From NCBI GenBank assembly GCA_964035575.1, contig OZ037836.1:1054001-1118000 (forward strand): a DNA stretch of 64,000 nt, in the 5' to 3' direction. Under the pieces are notes generated by a model. It was given only the letters and a program-made list of their open reading frames with translations, did no database searches and was not told the DNA's origin. The DNA is from Rhynchopus sp. YZ270_cl-10. Its lineage: Eukaryota. The position numbers and the translations under genes were made by a program. Shown here piece after piece: positions 61,209 to 64,000 of this stretch. How positions within the stretch are numbered: the first letter of the stretch is position 1; every line of letters starts with the position of its first letter.

Positions 61209-62267
61209 GGGTGGCTTTTTTTTGCCCCCCCACGTTTCAAACCGCGAAACATTTTTTTTTGGCAAAGACAATTTTCAGCACCCACAGAAAAAAAAATTTT
61301 TTTTTTCGAGCACAGGCCGAATTTTTTTTTTTTTTTTTTTCCAGCTGAAAATTGTCTTCAGGCCTAATGCTATCCGCTGGTTCGCTGGTTCACTTTTATT
61401 TATTATTTTTTTTTTTTTATCCGCTGGTTCGCTGGTTCACCCTTAAAATGGGGGTTTTTTGGGCTGGGGGGGGGGGTTCTCTGCCTGTGGTATGCCGTGG
61501 GTACCTTGGTCCTGGAGATGTGGGCGCCTGCGCCCGCATCTTCAGGAGGTGACGGTGGAGGCTTGTTCCAGGGACTCAATGATGCACACCCCTTGCCGGC
61601 AAAAAAAAAGTATCGCCTCAACCGGTCACCTGCCGTAAAAGAGAGAGAGGTTACAGAAAAAGCATGAAAAAAAATCCAAAAAAAAAAAGCAAAAATAAAA
61701 AAAGTAGCGTACCGTGCGCCTGCGGCGCAGCTCAAAAACTGGCAGCCCACAGACCTCTACCATAATTTGGCTGTAAAAATATTTGGTTTTAGGTCACAAT
61801 TTTTAAAATGTTGCGTACCGTGGCTTCGCCAGAAAGTTTTGATGTCAACCGCCGTTTCTTCTTGTACTGAGGGAAGGTTGCGTTCACAAGAGAGAGCCTA
61901 GTGTGACGGCTTGACGTGGAAAAACGTGAGAAAAGGGCGGGTTTGGTTCTTGATGCACGTTACCATCCCACGTCATCACGTATTTACGCGAAATGAACGG
62001 ACCTTTTCGCGGAGCGCAAAAAAAAATTTTTTTTTTACCCCTTTTCGGACATATCTTTACGGTTTTGGGGGGGAAGAATTCATGGAAATAAGCGAAAACC
62101 CTGGACCCCTTCCCGGAGGGAAAATTTTTTTTCGCTTTTTTTTTTTTTTTTTCCGCTGGTTCACTTTTTTCCCCCCTCCCCCAAAGTTAGCATTAGGCCT
62201 GAATTGTCTTTGCCAAAAAAAAATGTTTCGCGGTTTGAAACGTGGGGGGGGCAAAAAAAATTCACCC
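61209..62267. mobile_element. MITE of the 49213-55171 family with a nested element
   Basis: Same TIRs. ATAT TSD. Confidence 0.8.
61359..62201. mobile_element. TIR element with CAG termini and 9-bp TSD
   Basis: 14-bp TIR CAGGCCTAATGCTA. TSD AATTGTCTT at 61350-61358 and 62202-62210. Confidence 0.85.
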
Positions 62268-62460
62268 ATATGCAATCAATAAATTGATAGTATATGGTGA
62301 GGGATCAACAAAAATGGTCCCATCTTTCTAAAAAAGCAAAAAAGCAAAGACAATAGAAAGCTATCGCGAGGGGAAAGGGTGGGAGGTGGCTAAACAAGGT
62401 TTTATGTGTGTGTGTGTTTTTTTTTGCCGAAAAAAAAGCATTTTTTGTTTTATTTTTAAT

Positions 62461-62978
62461 GAGGTGATCCAGTCTCACGCTTTTTCACACATTTTCACTT
62501 GGTTTCACACATTTTCACACATTTTCACATGGTTTCACACATTTTCACATGGTTTCACATATTTTCACTTGGTTTCACACATTTTCACATGGTTTCACGG
62601 TGTGAAAAAGTGTGTACGAAAGTGAAAAAAAAACTGCTTCACGCACTCTGAGTGGATTCCTCCAGAAAAAAAACTTGGTGTTTTCACATGGTTTCACATG
62701 TTTTCACTTGGTTTCACACATTTTCACTTGGTTTCACATATTTTCACATGGTTTCACATGTTTTCACTTGGTTTCACACATTTTCACTTGGTTTCACATA
62801 TTTTCACTTGGTTTCACACATTTTCACACATTTTCACACATTTTCACACATTTTCACATGGTTTCACACATTTTCACTTGATTTCACACATTTTCACCTT
62901 GGTTTCACACGTTTTCACTTGTTTTCACACGTTTTCACGGTGTGAAAAAGTGTGGAAAAGTGTGCGCTGGATCACCTC
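62461..62978. mobile_element. MITE filled with TTTCACA repeats
   Basis: TIR GAGGTGATCCAG flanked by AT on both sides. Internal ~10-bp degenerate tandem repeats. Confidence 0.65.
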
Positions 62979-64000
62979 ATTTAAAACAAAGCAAAAAAAA
63001 AAAAAAACACACACACAACAACAAAACAAAAAGACAAAGCCATTGCAGGGAGGCGAGGTGATGGGGTGGGTCAATGAAAACAGTGTTGAAATTTGACCTA
63101 ATGGGGGAAACAATACAAGCACCACTCGGATCCAGGTTTGGGGGGGTGTGAGGGCAGTGTCATTTCACTGGAGGGGAAAGGGGGGAAGAAGAAAGAAAAC
63201 TTGAAAGACGAATGTGCCTCTTGTGCATACACATCTGAAGAAAGTGTGAAATAGCACGGACACTAAGTGGGGTGGGTAAGGATGGGATGGGCAGGGGAAT
63301 GGGGTACAGAGAACAAAAAATATTTTTTTCTGATGTTTTGATTTTAGACTGCTATCATAATAGCAGTCGCGATGTTGAGAGGGTGTAAAGCGCAAAATTT
63401 AAGCGGTTATAGAAGTGGATCATATGCAATCAATAAATTGATAGTATATGGTGAGGGATCAACAAAAATGGTCCCATCTTTCTTTTTATGGCGTATGTTG
63501 TGCAAAACGTAGAAAAGAAAAGTAAAATGCTGGTAAAAGGGAAAAGGAAAAAAAAAAGAAAAAGAAAAAGAAAAGGTTCTAAGACGCACCCAAGCCTCGA
63601 TGATGTTTGCTTAGTCGCCACCTTCACAAGAGGTGATGGTCATGACCTCAAATACAATGTGTCCCAGAATTAATGTCACCTGGCGACATTTTTGAAAAAA
63701 AAATGCAAAAGTGGACAAATTTCGTGACATTTTGACCTTGTGGTGAAGAAAAAGTGTGTAGGGGGTGAAATATTTACATTGCAAGTACCCTTTTTGGCAA
63801 AAAAGGGTCTACAACAAAAAAAAGTGAAGTGGATAGTGGATAGTGTACATGACTCTAGGACGCAGGCACGTAATGAAGTAAAAAACACATAGGCGTGCAC
63901 AAAATCAAGTAGCACATGTATTAATATTTTGTGTGCATCCCCTCGGACTGGCGAACTGCCTCTAGGCGTCGTGGCATTGACTCGATGTACCCTGCAACGA

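Overview
Eukaryotic, protist-like DNA with GC-rich, mostly intronless ORFs in AT-rich, homopolymer-rich spacers. Same-strand gene pairs separated by polypyrimidine-AG tracts hint at a trans-splicing euglenozoan, but this is low confidence. The backbone is a tandemly triplicated unit carrying a ubiquitin-like+LRR gene (3 copies, one disrupted) and a 532-aa His-motif protein of unknown function (2 copies). Each copy has been inflated independently by nested transposons, and many insertion boundaries can be confirmed against empty sites in the sister copies. Most notable is a ~4 kb element (44346-48298) with CACGGTG heptamer-like ends and ~0.5 kb inverted repeats. It encodes a RAG1/Transib-like DDE transposase, a C2H2 zinc-finger ORF and a possible GNAT-fold passenger gene. 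Also present: an apparently intact hAT transposon with a non-autonomous partner, a Sola-like remnant, a family with 6-bp TSDs, a Pack-type element carrying a captured VWA exon, a SINE-like poly(A) insertion and a 5'-truncated retro-insertion with an unusual Cys/His repeat. All protein assignments are by-eye motif matches; no database searches were run.
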